Origin: a virus
Lineage: Duplodnaviria; Caudoviricetes
Direction: 5' to 3' (one strand)
IMG/VR virus record: IMGVR_UViG_3300003886_000037
Location: 1 to 36,446 of that record
Length of the DNA stretch: 36,446 bases
Shown: piece after piece, positions 18,439 to 27,149 of the stretch
Layout of the letters: the number at the start of each line of letters is the position of its first letter
Position numbering within the stretch: position 1 is the first letter of the stretch
Notes under the pieces: model-generated
What the model saw: the letters and a program-made list of their open reading frames with translations, nothing else
What the model was told of the DNA's origin: nothing
The model's database searches: none
Program-made: the position numbers and the translations under genes

Positions 18439-19083
18439 CTAGTACTCCGACGTTCCGTGGGGAATCTCACCGAGATTCTCCGCGAAAGAACCGGGGTCTA
18501 GGTCCTGACCCAGCTCAGCCATGCCTTCCTCTAGTTCGAACTTAATCCCACGAGAGCCGCTCTTGGCAGCCGCCGCAGCCTGTTCCTGAATAACATCAAG
18601 TACAGACGACAGTTTCTCTTCTTCCTGGAGTGGCTGAACGTGATGCGCTTCATACATATATCTCTCGTACAGAGACATCGGCAGTTTGAAGGCAATCATC
18701 TCATTCACCCCGACGCATCCCGCGTAATCCCCAGTCTTCAGACAAGCATGTTCCCAACCGGGAATATCCTCAGCTTTAACTGGCTCGTACCCGAGCCGCA
18801 CCCTCATAGGAATTGAATCCCTGGGATTTGTAGTTGTCAACCAGCAGACATGATACCCGTCTATCGGTGGTAGATCGGGTAGAACTGACTGGAAAAATGA
18901 TTTGCGAAACTCGTCCAACCGCTCGTCATCTGAAATCACACGCTCGGTCTCAGCAGTCTGTCTTGCGGCAGTCTGAGCCCTTGGTTGCCGTGAATTGTTC
19001 GGAGCTTTCTTCCGTCTCGCGCCCGTCTTTTTGCTAGCAACTTTCCTGCCAGCAGCTTTCCTTCCTACTTTCTTATCGGTCAT
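18439..19083 (-). CDS. Conserved head-module hypothetical protein with basic N-terminal tail (214 aa)
   Basis: LPDLPPIDGYHVCWL...RVRLGYEPV...GVNEMIAFKLP. Lies between the scaffold and capsid genes. Confidence 0.65.
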   Translation of the reverse strand: MTDKKVGRKAAGRKVASKKTGARRKKAPNNSRQPRAQTAARQTAETERVISDDERLDEFRKSFFQSVLPDLPPIDGYHVCWLTTTNPRDSIPMRVRLGYEPVKAEDIPGWEHACLKTGDYAGCVGVNEMIAFKLPMSLYERYMYEAHHVQPLQEEEKLSSVLDVIQEQAAAAAKSGSRGIKFELEEGMAELGQDLDPGSFAENLGEIPHGTSEY

Positions 19084-19112
19084 CTTCGTTCACCCTCTCA
19101 TTCAGTGAGTTG

Positions 19113-20129
19113 CTACGCGTTTTCGCTCGCGTGTTCTTTATCCCATGATGCGTATCTAGCAAGTTGCTTCTTACGCAGTACGGGGTCATCCCACATTCCA
19201 GCCTCTTGCATCGCCTCGCGACGATCCTTACTGATGTGGACTTCGTTACTCTTGAGCGCCCTTTCCCTCCCGCCTACGCGGAACTTCGGACCACTCGATT
19301 TCCGTGGACTTCCTCTGCCACGATCTCCATCGCGATCATCGTCGTCGCGATCGTCGTCGTGACTATCAGCGCCGTTCCCTTTCCCACCTTTATTCGCCAG
19401 ATGGGGTAGACGTCGCGCAACGCGTTTGTCCAACTCATCGTAGTACTCTGGGGTTCTTGGATCCCAACCGTCTCGGACCATCATGTCGTCGATTGCCCCG
19501 GCGATAGCCGAGTCCTCATCGCGACGACCGAAGTCGAACCAGTTGTTCCGGCCGTGCCAAGAACGTACGTTCTCAACTAGGACGGGATCTGGCCCTTCGT
19601 CTTGTGGAGCTGCGCTTGCCTGTTCCTTGTACGTCTTCAGTCCATCACGTTGCTCCTTGAGAGTATCACGGATGCTCATAGCTTCTGCAGCATCATCTCC
19701 CTCCCCGGCACTGATAGCTTTCGCGTACACCGTATCGGCATTCTTGATCGCCGCGTTCAGTTGGTTGATGCGGCTGTCAACCTGAGACACCTCAGTCTGG
19801 GTCTGACGACGAGTCAAATCCATTACTTGCTTCTCGACCGTCTCGTTACGACTGCGGAGGAACTTCAGTTCGCGCTGATCGCGTTCTCTTGCCTCCTTCT
19901 GTCGCTGACGACGAGACTTATTTTCAACCCTGCGACGCTCCTTCTTATCGTCTTCTTCCGGCTCGCCGTGTCCCGCACGTTTGTCGTCGGCTCCTGCTTC
20001 AAGGTCGTCATCTTCGTGATTGTCATCGTCAACTGGAGCAACCTTCTGGTCGCCCTCCTCGACGCCGTCGCCGACCATGACTAATTCTTCTTCCTGGTCG
20101 TCGCCTTTCTTTTCGTCGTTCTCTGCCAT
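19113..20129 (-). CDS. Putative capsid scaffolding protein (338 aa)
   Basis: Acidic N-terminus, long coiled coil, W..RNNWF...EYYDELDKRV motif, and basic helical C-terminus. Canonical position. Confidence 0.7.
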   Translation of the reverse strand: MAENDEKKGDDQEEELVMVGDGVEEGDQKVAPVDDDNHEDDDLEAGADDKRAGHGEPEEDDKKERRRVENKSRRQRQKEARERDQRELKFLRSRNETVEKQVMDLTRRQTQTEVSQVDSRINQLNAAIKNADTVYAKAISAGEGDDAAEAMSIRDTLKEQRDGLKTYKEQASAAPQDEGPDPVLVENVRSWHGRNNWFDFGRRDEDSAIAGAIDDMMVRDGWDPRTPEYYDELDKRVARRLPHLANKGGKGNGADSHDDDRDDDDRDGDRGRGSPRKSSGPKFRVGGRERALKSNEVHISKDRREAMQEAGMWDDPVLRKKQLARYASWDKEHASENA

Positions 20130-20153
20130 TACTAGACTCCTTCAGTCCACTGG

Positions 20154-20618
20154 TTATTTTACGTACGCCACGATCTCAAGGATCATGTCTTCTGGAATTT
20201 CCCCGCTCAAATGCAAGTCGTCGAATAGAACAAACAACACACTCTCATTTGAGTTAGGAACTGGAACCTCCCATCTATCGCCACCGTACTTCGGGCAACG
20301 GACGAAGGCTCCAGGTTGAACCCACTTACCTTCGGGCCACTCCTCAAGGGTCTCTCGGTTACAGAAGGCCACTGGTCCGAGCGCGATAACTTTCGCAGCC
20401 TGAGTGTTCCATTGCTCAGTCTCCCGGGATTCCTCGGCAAGGACTATCCCGCCTCTAGATTTTCGCATCGGGGTACGAATTTGCACCAGAATCTTACTCC
20501 CGAACGGAGTCAGACCGGGATCAACCTCTGGGAAGGCTTGATCAACACTCTCGTACGCAAGACTTGTACGACTCTGTGAACCGGCATCTGCCAGCGTTAA
20601 TCTATCGGTTTTTGTCAT
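20154..20618 (-). CDS. groES: GroES/Cpn10-like co-chaperonin (154 aa)
   Basis: Start reassigned to MTKTDRL at 20618. PFGSKILVQ...KSRGGIVL...AKVIALGP...PG.FV..PKYGG are Cpn10 motifs. Confidence 0.8.
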   Translation of the reverse strand: MTKTDRLTLADAGSQSRTSLAYESVDQAFPEVDPGLTPFGSKILVQIRTPMRKSRGGIVLAEESRETEQWNTQAAKVIALGPVAFCNRETLEEWPEGKWVQPGAFVRCPKYGGDRWEVPVPNSNESVLFVLFDDLHLSGEIPEDMILEIVAYVK

Positions 20619-20799
20619 CGGCCACTTCCTCAATAGCACTGTTAAGTAACTGCTCGGCGAGTAGCAACCCCTCCAGCTTTCCGCACGCATGACCATAGTC
20701 GAAGGCTTCTTTCCCCTTCGGACGCATCAATGCGGCGGTACTGAATTCGGCTTGCAGCTCCTTGAGCTTCCCTAGGTAATTGTCTAGTTCGCGTTGCAT
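20602..20799 (-). CDS. Small helical hypothetical protein (65 aa)
   Basis: GAGG RBS. The DYGHACGKLEGL..A pattern is typical of the small gene found before phage groES. Confidence 0.65.
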   Translation of the reverse strand: MQRELDNYLGKLKELQAEFSTAALMRPKGKEAFDYGHACGKLEGLLLAEQLLNSAIEEVADDKNR

Positions 20800-20826
20800 C
20801 GTACACCTCTACGCCTTACGGCGCAA

Positions 20827-20991
20827 TCAGTACCCGCTCTTCGACGGTTTAGAGACGTGAGCCGACCCGCTCTTCGTAGAAGACGAACTGGACGACTTGC
20901 TGCTCCCGCTCTTCTGGGCGACACTGCCAGACGCCTTCTGCCCCAACTTGCCGGTCGTTGCGAGGTTGTAGTGCTGTCTTACGTAACTCAT
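20827..20991 (-). CDS. Small Ser/Lys-rich protein (54 aa), below the ORF-track cutoff
   Basis: AAGGAG RBS. Translation: MSYVRQHYNLATTGKLGQKASGSVAQKSGSSKSSSSSSTKSGSAHVSKPSKSGY*. Confidence 0.6.
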   Translation of the reverse strand: MSYVRQHYNLATTGKLGQKASGSVAQKSGSSKSSSSSSTKSGSAHVSKPSKSGY

Positions 20992-21076
20992 ACCTTTCTC
21001 CTTTACTTCGTTAAAACTGACACAGCACGATACGCTGACGCTGCCGAGGGACGTGACTTCCTGCGATCTAAAGCGA

Positions 21077-23668
21077 TCACGGGTTGATCCCCGTTCCGGT
21101 GCTCAGGTTCGTCTTGTTGCCAGCCTCCAATTCCGCAGCGGCTATGGTGAGTGCCGTCTCGTTGTCCTGCGTGTTACGCAGTTCGTCGGACGTCAGCTTC
21201 GCAGCGATACGTTCGTCTTCAGCAGCCTCAGTAAGCATAAGCTCACGAAGCCGAGCAGCTCTCGCGCTTGCCTGTACTGCTTCCTCTTGGGCTGCTTCGA
21301 CCGCCTGTTCTCGCTCCTTCGCGGAAAGTTTGGTGAACTCGATTTCCTTCTTGTCTGTGATCTCGATACGCTTGAGTTCTGCCTTCTGCGCATCGTCCTG
21401 AGTCTTCCGCTGTGTCTCAGCCTGCTGGTTCGGGTCAATCGGAATCGGCGGCGGCTGCGGAGCAAATTGCTGCATCGCCTGCAGTGTCTGACCGATAATC
21501 TCAGGTATACTCTCAAACACCGCCCCCGCCCGCTCAATCACCATCGGTGACGCAGCGGCGAGCGTCTTGTTCAACTCTGCCTTCGCCTCCGGCGACTGGT
21601 CACCCATAATATCAGACATTCCCTCCTCGTCGGTCTCGGCTGCCTTCATGATCAGCTCGTAGTTCGCGTTGACGTACCACAGAACTAGATGCTCCTTCAC
21701 ATGTTCCATCATGGCTGGCATCAGCGCCGGAGCGATGATCGGATTCTGCCCGAACTGCTGACTGAGCAGGTAATCGAGATGCACCTGAAGATGGGCTAAG
21801 TGATCCTGAGATGGGAACGCAGCGACAGGTCTTCCGAGGGACATCGCCGCGTTCTCGTTGACGGCGTTCTGGTTCTCCGGCTTATCCTCCGGAATCAGCA
21901 ACTCGTCTGGATTAGGTATCTTCGTACGTTCCAGCAGTCTCTTCTCGACGATGCGCTTGTTATATAGGTCTGGCATCGCCGCTGCTCTGTCCGCCACTAT
22001 CTGCAACTGCGCGAGCCGCTGCACATCGCTGAAGACCTGGGGATCAGCGGTAGGTATCACGTCCATCGGACCCTGGAAGTCCTCGCGGTACGCTAGCAAC
22101 TCGCCGAGCTCATCCTTCATCTCGTCGTCGGTGATGTACATCCTGTTGATGCGATGCAGTATCTCTATGACCATAGTCATGGAGTGGTACGAGCGCAGAT
22201 GGATAGCGGACATCACCTGCATACCCTCCTCGATCATGGCGAGCGTAGTACCGACAGGCATGTTCGGATTCTGGTCGTTCAACTGCTCGAACGTGGTACG
22301 AACGACTCCCCGACCGGCGTCGACGCAGAACGTAAGTAACTGAAAGAGAACTGGCGAGGGCGGATTGAACGGCAACGGCATCAGCAGCTTGCGGATATCG
22401 TCTCCGGCTATGCCGCCATCTATCTCTGCGATCTCCGTTGCCTGAATCTCTGTCTTAGTCTGGCCCATGAAGTTCGCGCCCTTCAGACGCAGAGCTGTCG
22501 GTATGTTGTTTACGTGGGCGGAGTCCAACAACGCACGGAGCGCTCCGGTAGCAGCGCCAGACAGACTGCCGATCATCTGACCCAGACCGATGGAGTACGC
22601 CCCGCGCCACGGAATGAACCCGAACTCCACTATCCACTGCATCCGCTCCTGGTACTCGTCATCCTCTTCCCAGTTGCGAATGACCGAGACGATCTTCCCG
22701 GTAGCTTCGTCGAGGCTGATCAGGTACGGCGAGTTGCCATGCTCAGAGCCCTTCTCAGGCGTATAGTCCTCCAAGAAGTCCCGGTCAAAGTCAGTGAAGC
22801 AGCTAACCTCGTGAACGATGCGAACGCCATCCTCGTTGTAGAAGTCGTTGTCGTCCTTACCCTCCACTCTGTTCGTGGCCTTCTGCGCAGCCGTGTCCTC
22901 CGGAAGCTGCATGTTAACGAGCTGACCGATGTCCCGGTACATGCCATCACGCACTCTATCCTCAAACTCCATCTTCGTTATGGGCTCGTGGTACGTCTGA
23001 CGCAGCGCCGTGTAGAAGTTGCTCGCACTGTAGGGGATAGACACCTGATCCTGAGGTACGTACATTGGAACGGGACGTGTCTTACGCTTCGACCAGTCCG
23101 GCGTCAGCCTGATGTACTGACTACCAGATAGAGCGAGCTGAGGTAGGAGCTGCTCCATCTCCGGCCTGAACTCTTTCATCTGCTTCAGGAACTGCCAGTT
23201 CATGTACGCCTTGACTCGGTCAGCCTTCTGCATTCGGTCTGGGCTGACATTCTCCCCCGGAATGTAGCTCTTCACTGGACCGTTCGGTGGCATCAACTCT
23301 TTAATAGCGCGCGAGGCGTAGTCAACGCTGGACTCTGTGAGCATGGGGTGTACAACTTTTGAAGCCCCGGTGAACTCCGCTCCGCCCGGAGCTTCGTCAC
23401 CGAGTCCGGTTCTCTTTATAGCCTGCGCGTACTCCTTGTCCCGACGCTTACGTGACTTCTTGTCTCGCTCGATGGCATCCTTCAGAGTGGTACCAAGCTT
23501 CGTCAGTACGTCCTCGCTGATGCTCTCCACGATGTTGTCGTAGAATTCGTACGTCTTAGAGACTCCGTCCTCGTCGTTGAGTCTAACGATAGCTCCGCCG
23601 TCATCTGTGTCTGTAACGTCGTTGCGCGGTGCCTCAAACTCCATTACATCTTCTTCACGTGCCGCCAT
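21077..23668 (-). CDS. Portal protein, P22-like (863 aa)
   Basis: GASKVVHPMLTES, ADRVKAYMNWQ, LRALLDSAHVNN and PVGTTLAMIEEG..VMSAIH.R motifs, with a long C-terminal helical barrel. Downstream of terL. Confidence 0.9.
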   Translation of the reverse strand: MAAREEDVMEFEAPRNDVTDTDDGGAIVRLNDEDGVSKTYEFYDNIVESISEDVLTKLGTTLKDAIERDKKSRKRRDKEYAQAIKRTGLGDEAPGGAEFTGASKVVHPMLTESSVDYASRAIKELMPPNGPVKSYIPGENVSPDRMQKADRVKAYMNWQFLKQMKEFRPEMEQLLPQLALSGSQYIRLTPDWSKRKTRPVPMYVPQDQVSIPYSASNFYTALRQTYHEPITKMEFEDRVRDGMYRDIGQLVNMQLPEDTAAQKATNRVEGKDDNDFYNEDGVRIVHEVSCFTDFDRDFLEDYTPEKGSEHGNSPYLISLDEATGKIVSVIRNWEEDDEYQERMQWIVEFGFIPWRGAYSIGLGQMIGSLSGAATGALRALLDSAHVNNIPTALRLKGANFMGQTKTEIQATEIAEIDGGIAGDDIRKLLMPLPFNPPSPVLFQLLTFCVDAGRGVVRTTFEQLNDQNPNMPVGTTLAMIEEGMQVMSAIHLRSYHSMTMVIEILHRINRMYITDDEMKDELGELLAYREDFQGPMDVIPTADPQVFSDVQRLAQLQIVADRAAAMPDLYNKRIVEKRLLERTKIPNPDELLIPEDKPENQNAVNENAAMSLGRPVAAFPSQDHLAHLQVHLDYLLSQQFGQNPIIAPALMPAMMEHVKEHLVLWYVNANYELIMKAAETDEEGMSDIMGDQSPEAKAELNKTLAAASPMVIERAGAVFESIPEIIGQTLQAMQQFAPQPPPIPIDPNQQAETQRKTQDDAQKAELKRIEITDKKEIEFTKLSAKEREQAVEAAQEEAVQASARAARLRELMLTEAAEDERIAAKLTSDELRNTQDNETALTIAAAELEAGNKTNLSTGTGINP

Positions 23669-24353
23669 GCACTAATCCTCCGAGGAATTTACCTTGCAAG
23701 TCGTATTTAAGTAGAAGTTCAGCGAATTTATCGTCTGGGTTAGGATTTTCCATCACACCTTCAAGAAGTCTACGTGGAAGAGGAGATTCGCCAACCCTTC
23801 TCAGTTCCATACCTCTTGGTAGAAGAACTTCAGATTCTTCGGCCCATATACCTAAGTCAGATAATTCGAGCATCGGACTATCTTCTGGGATATCTATACG
23901 TTGGATTCTGTCAAACACACCCGGAATTCTATGATCCGCTGCCCCACTATCCCATATATCGTCCATGTTATATCCAGTCGATGTGTATCCGGGGTTAGGC
24001 TGCTCGAATTCCGCCGGAAGCATCGGATTATCCGTTGTAACTCTTCTGAATAAACTAATTGGTTGATCCAATCTAGGAGCTTCTCCAATGGCATCATCTA
24101 TCTTCTGTATCTGCGCGTCCATAGTACGTTCTCGAGTACCATACGACCACCAAGAATCAAAGGACTTAGATCTCTCCATTCCCGACAGCGCGTACTTCAG
24201 ATCTTCACTAGAACCACTGCGAAGGTAGTAGTTTATTCTACTTCCATGATCAACGTAGTCTTCTAGTGCGCTTTTCTGTTCAGGGTGAAGATCTCGCGTA
24301 TAATTACGCTGCGCTTTCTTCAATAATGCCTGAATTAAGGACCCCCTAGGCAT
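23655..24353 (-). CDS. ADP-ribosyltransferase, VIP2/C2-like R-S-E clade (232 aa)
   Basis: ALEDY....INYYLR helix, IDDAI, catalytic-Arg strand ISLFRR, GYTSTG (STS-like) and EESEVLLPRG (ExE). Confidence 0.85.
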   Translation of the reverse strand: MPRGSLIQALLKKAQRNYTRDLHPEQKSALEDYVDHGSRINYYLRSGSSEDLKYALSGMERSKSFDSWWSYGTRERTMDAQIQKIDDAIGEAPRLDQPISLFRRVTTDNPMLPAEFEQPNPGYTSTGYNMDDIWDSGAADHRIPGVFDRIQRIDIPEDSPMLELSDLGIWAEESEVLLPRGMELRRVGESPLPRRLLEGVMENPNPDDKFAELLLKYDLQGKFLGGLVHGGT

Positions 24354-24640
24354 CAGTTTGACTTCCTTCTCTGAATTGATATATCGTCACACGCTCTCTC
24401 AAGCGTACCCTCCAACACACAGGCTGGACAGCCGCCGTACTGTACAAATACGTCCGGACCCATAAGCGTGGCAACGCCGAACGTCATACTGTTCTCCACC
24501 TCCTCGTACGGATCAGGGGCGCTGTCCTGCAGTCCCCTCGCTGCGAGCATACCGCGCAGAGCTACCTCGTGAGTAGAGCACATCACCAAGACGTGTTCGT
24601 CCCCCTTACCGTCCGAGACTCTGAACTTCTCAACCGTCAT
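24353..24640 (-). CDS. Small Cys/His protein, possible Zn-binding (95 aa)
   Basis: Start reassigned to MTVEKF at 24640. CSTH...CPAC...C ligands. Its stop overlaps the ART start (TGATG). Confidence 0.6.
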   Translation of the reverse strand: MTVEKFRVSDGKGDEHVLVMCSTHEVALRGMLAARGLQDSAPDPYEEVENSMTFGVATLMGPDVFVQYGGCPACVLEGTLERACDDISIQRRKSN

Positions 24641-26210
24641 ACGGGTTCGCTCCCTTGAGTTTCTTCTTCGCTTTCTCTGCTGCCTTCCGCGCGCGCTGCC
24701 TCTTCTCTTCCAGCGGATCACGCTTAATAGTCAGCGGTCCGATGTACTTGTCCATGAACACGCGCATTGCCTGAGTACTCGTGTCAAGTAGATCGTCGCG
24801 CTCAATACTTCCCTCACCGATGTACGAGCAGACCTGCGTAATCAGCGGGTTCATGTACGTCTTCGGCTCACCCTTCATACTGTCGCTCTCTATCGCCCAG
24901 ACTCTGCGGTGCGCCCACATCGGAGATGTAAGGTGCAGACGCGTGAGCTTGTCCGCGTTGCCGGGATTGTAACCCTCCGTCAGGATACCCTCACCGGCCA
25001 GACTCTGCATCAGCGACAGTCCACTGGCCTTCGTCTCGATCAGGATGATGTCAATCTTCTTACCCTGATGCCTCGCCCGCTGCCGACCACGGATGCCGGT
25101 CGGTCGCAGCATCGGCTCGTCGCTGTCTCCGTACGTCAGCTTCCGCTCCTTCTTGACTCGCTTCACGAGGTCGGGGAATCCCAACCACTCTTCCCAGCAG
25201 TCCAGGAGCATCACGTGTTTCTGCGGGTGCTTCGCTCCCTTCACTTTAATACTGAACAACCCCCATACACTGCTGGCAGAAGGGTCGTTCGACTGCTTCT
25301 TCTTGTCGTGCTGCTTCTCCGACATCGCCGTGTCGAGCGACATGATGATGACCTCGAACTTCGGCAAAGGCTTCTTGTCTGGCCAGAGCCTCCACCAGCT
25401 TCTCTTGACGATGCCCTCTTCCTCAGGATCAAGCATCTCGCCCCACAATTCCTGGCGACCTACCTTCGTACCCTCGTACTTCGCCACGTTCTGGAAGAAG
25501 GACTTGGTCAGATTCTCCCTGTTCTCGTACGTACTGCCCACAGTCGTCACGCTGTTTGGGTCATCAACGAGTCGGCGCATGAACGGCGTAGGCTTCGGAG
25601 TGCCGGTCCACATCACCTGAGGATTCTCCCCCAGACGCAGCCCGAACCAGAGGTTATCCCACGCATCCTGCGGATACTTCCACGAGGCGATCTCGTCGCA
25701 CCACGCGGCATGATGCTGCGGCCCACGCAGTCGCTCCGGCGTGTCGCCCGCGAACCCGCGTATAAAGGTGCCGTTCCATAGTGTCAGGGACGGCAGACTG
25801 CTGTTCGTATCGGTGACGAGTAGAGGGGGAATCACGGAGTAGAGGCCGGTCGGACCTTCAAAGCAAGTATAGCGAACGTCGTCGTGGGTCGGTGCGACTA
25901 CTGCGTACAATCCCGGGATTGAGCATGCACGACCTCCGATCCAGTTCGCGGCGCACAGAGTTTTGCCGAACCCGCGACCACTCCGGACTCCCCAAATCGT
26001 CTTTACAAACTCTTCAAATTCTTTCGGTGGAAGCTGCTTCTGCCTCGCCATACTCTTCCACATCATACGCCACCGAAGGAAGTGAAGCTCCTCCTCAGTG
26101 AACGCCATCAAATCTGTCTTGTACTGCACAAGCTCCGTCGGCAGCTCGTCCAGGTCAATCTTCGGCATGACCGTGTAGTCAAACGCTGAGAATTGTTGGA
26201 GCTCAGGCAT
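24630..26210 (-). CDS. terL: Terminase large subunit (526 aa)
   Basis: Start at MPELQQ (GGAGG RBS). Walker A GRGFGKT, LRGPQ, Walker B AWCDEIA, TGTP coupling motif, and nuclease-domain acidic residues (SLDTA, DDLLD). Confidence 0.93.
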   Translation of the reverse strand: MPELQQFSAFDYTVMPKIDLDELPTELVQYKTDLMAFTEEELHFLRWRMMWKSMARQKQLPPKEFEEFVKTIWGVRSGRGFGKTLCAANWIGGRACSIPGLYAVVAPTHDDVRYTCFEGPTGLYSVIPPLLVTDTNSSLPSLTLWNGTFIRGFAGDTPERLRGPQHHAAWCDEIASWKYPQDAWDNLWFGLRLGENPQVMWTGTPKPTPFMRRLVDDPNSVTTVGSTYENRENLTKSFFQNVAKYEGTKVGRQELWGEMLDPEEEGIVKRSWWRLWPDKKPLPKFEVIIMSLDTAMSEKQHDKKKQSNDPSASSVWGLFSIKVKGAKHPQKHVMLLDCWEEWLGFPDLVKRVKKERKLTYGDSDEPMLRPTGIRGRQRARHQGKKIDIILIETKASGLSLMQSLAGEGILTEGYNPGNADKLTRLHLTSPMWAHRRVWAIESDSMKGEPKTYMNPLITQVCSYIGEGSIERDDLLDTSTQAMRVFMDKYIGPLTIKRDPLEEKRQRARKAAEKAKKKLKGANPYDG

Positions 26211-26340
26211 CGTTCGCAGCCTCCCCCTCAGCACCCTCTATACAGCGCATCGTCCCATCATCCCACACCCGTACGACGCCAGTCAGCGCACATACCGTGA
26301 CGAACCCAGCAATCACGCTGAAGTCGACGGCGCGGAACAT
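26203..26340 (-). CDS. Small hypothetical protein (45 aa)
   Basis: Manual translation: MFRAVDFSVIAGFVTVCALTGVVRVWDDGTMRCIEGAEGEAANDA*. Overlaps both neighbours and fills the gap exactly. Confidence 0.45.
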   Translation of the reverse strand: MFRAVDFSVIAGFVTVCALTGVVRVWDDGTMRCIEGAEGEAANDA

Positions 26341-26513
26341 CAGCGACACCACCTGAGCTCTAACGAGCATCCGAGGAGTATGATACCTACGTGTCGCACG
26401 CTCGGTTCGTACTCGTTACGCTCAAAGTACGCACGCCGCGTCCTCCAGCCGTAGCCAGTCGTAAACGACCAAGCCCACCAGAATCCGCGACGCATGTACA
26501 CTCGTGCCTTCAT
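26340..26513 (-). CDS. Small Arg/Trp-rich hypothetical protein (57 aa)
   Basis: Start reassigned to MKARVY at 26513 (ATGA overlap). Confidence 0.5.
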   Translation of the reverse strand: MKARVYMRRGFWWAWSFTTGYGWRTRRAYFERNEYEPSVRHVGIILLGCSLELRWCR

Positions 26514-27148
26514 GCTGCGGCGTCGCTCCCGAAGAACGTGTTGCAGATGACCTTGAACAGCTCGTCTTTGTACTGCTGAGCGGGAGGGAGCTGATTGTAC
26601 GGCACGAAGCACGGATGAGTCTTAGCGCCCGCGTCCTTCACTGGTCCGTACACCCATCCATCCTTTGCCTTCTCTGCTAGCCAGCTCTTGTGGCTGTCCT
26701 CCGCCGTTGCCTCCGGGTTCTCGAAGTGCATGGTCACGCCATTGAACGCAGACTCTCGCTGCCAGTCAGGGGCGCTGTCCCACTCCGGCTGACTCCAGTC
26801 CGCGATGCTCTGACAGTACACTCGGTTCACCTCGTGGCAAAGCTTCGCTACGAGCCACATCATGTCGCTGGACACTATGTCGTCTCCCGTCGGCGGTACC
26901 TTGTGCTCGTCGAACGCATCGCTCAGTTGATCTTCCACGCTCGCCGGAGCCTCGTCGTCAAGCATCTCTTCCGGGGGTAGCAACTCCTCAATCTTCTCAC
27001 CCTGCGCGGTACGTCGCCGACTCTGACTCTTGCTGAGGTTCGGACAATGTAAGTGATGGTGTCCCGCCTCGCCGTGACACACTGAACAGAGTCCCTCGCT
27101 GTCCGTGCGTACGTCGCCGTGACCGTCGTCCCTCGCTGGCTCGTTCAT
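26510..27148 (-). CDS. RyR-domain protein with N-terminal Cys/His cluster (212 aa)
   Basis: Start MNEPARD (GGAGG RBS). AKLCHEVNR.YC...SH.SW..EK..DGWVYGPVKD...KTHPC.VPY.QLP..QQYKD is the phage RyR repeat signature. Confidence 0.85.
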   Translation of the reverse strand: MNEPARDDGHGDVRTDSEGLCSVCHGEAGHHHLHCPNLSKSQSRRRTAQGEKIEELLPPEEMLDDEAPASVEDQLSDAFDEHKVPPTGDDIVSSDMMWLVAKLCHEVNRVYCQSIADWSQPEWDSAPDWQRESAFNGVTMHFENPEATAEDSHKSWLAEKAKDGWVYGPVKDAGAKTHPCFVPYNQLPPAQQYKDELFKVICNTFFGSDAAA

Positions 27149-27149
27149 C

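Noticed and set aside
24909-25781. 290-aa plus-strand ORF and other plus-strand ORFs across 1-29.7 kb
   Set aside because: They are antisense shadows of well-supported minus-strand genes (here terL) with no recognisable motifs.
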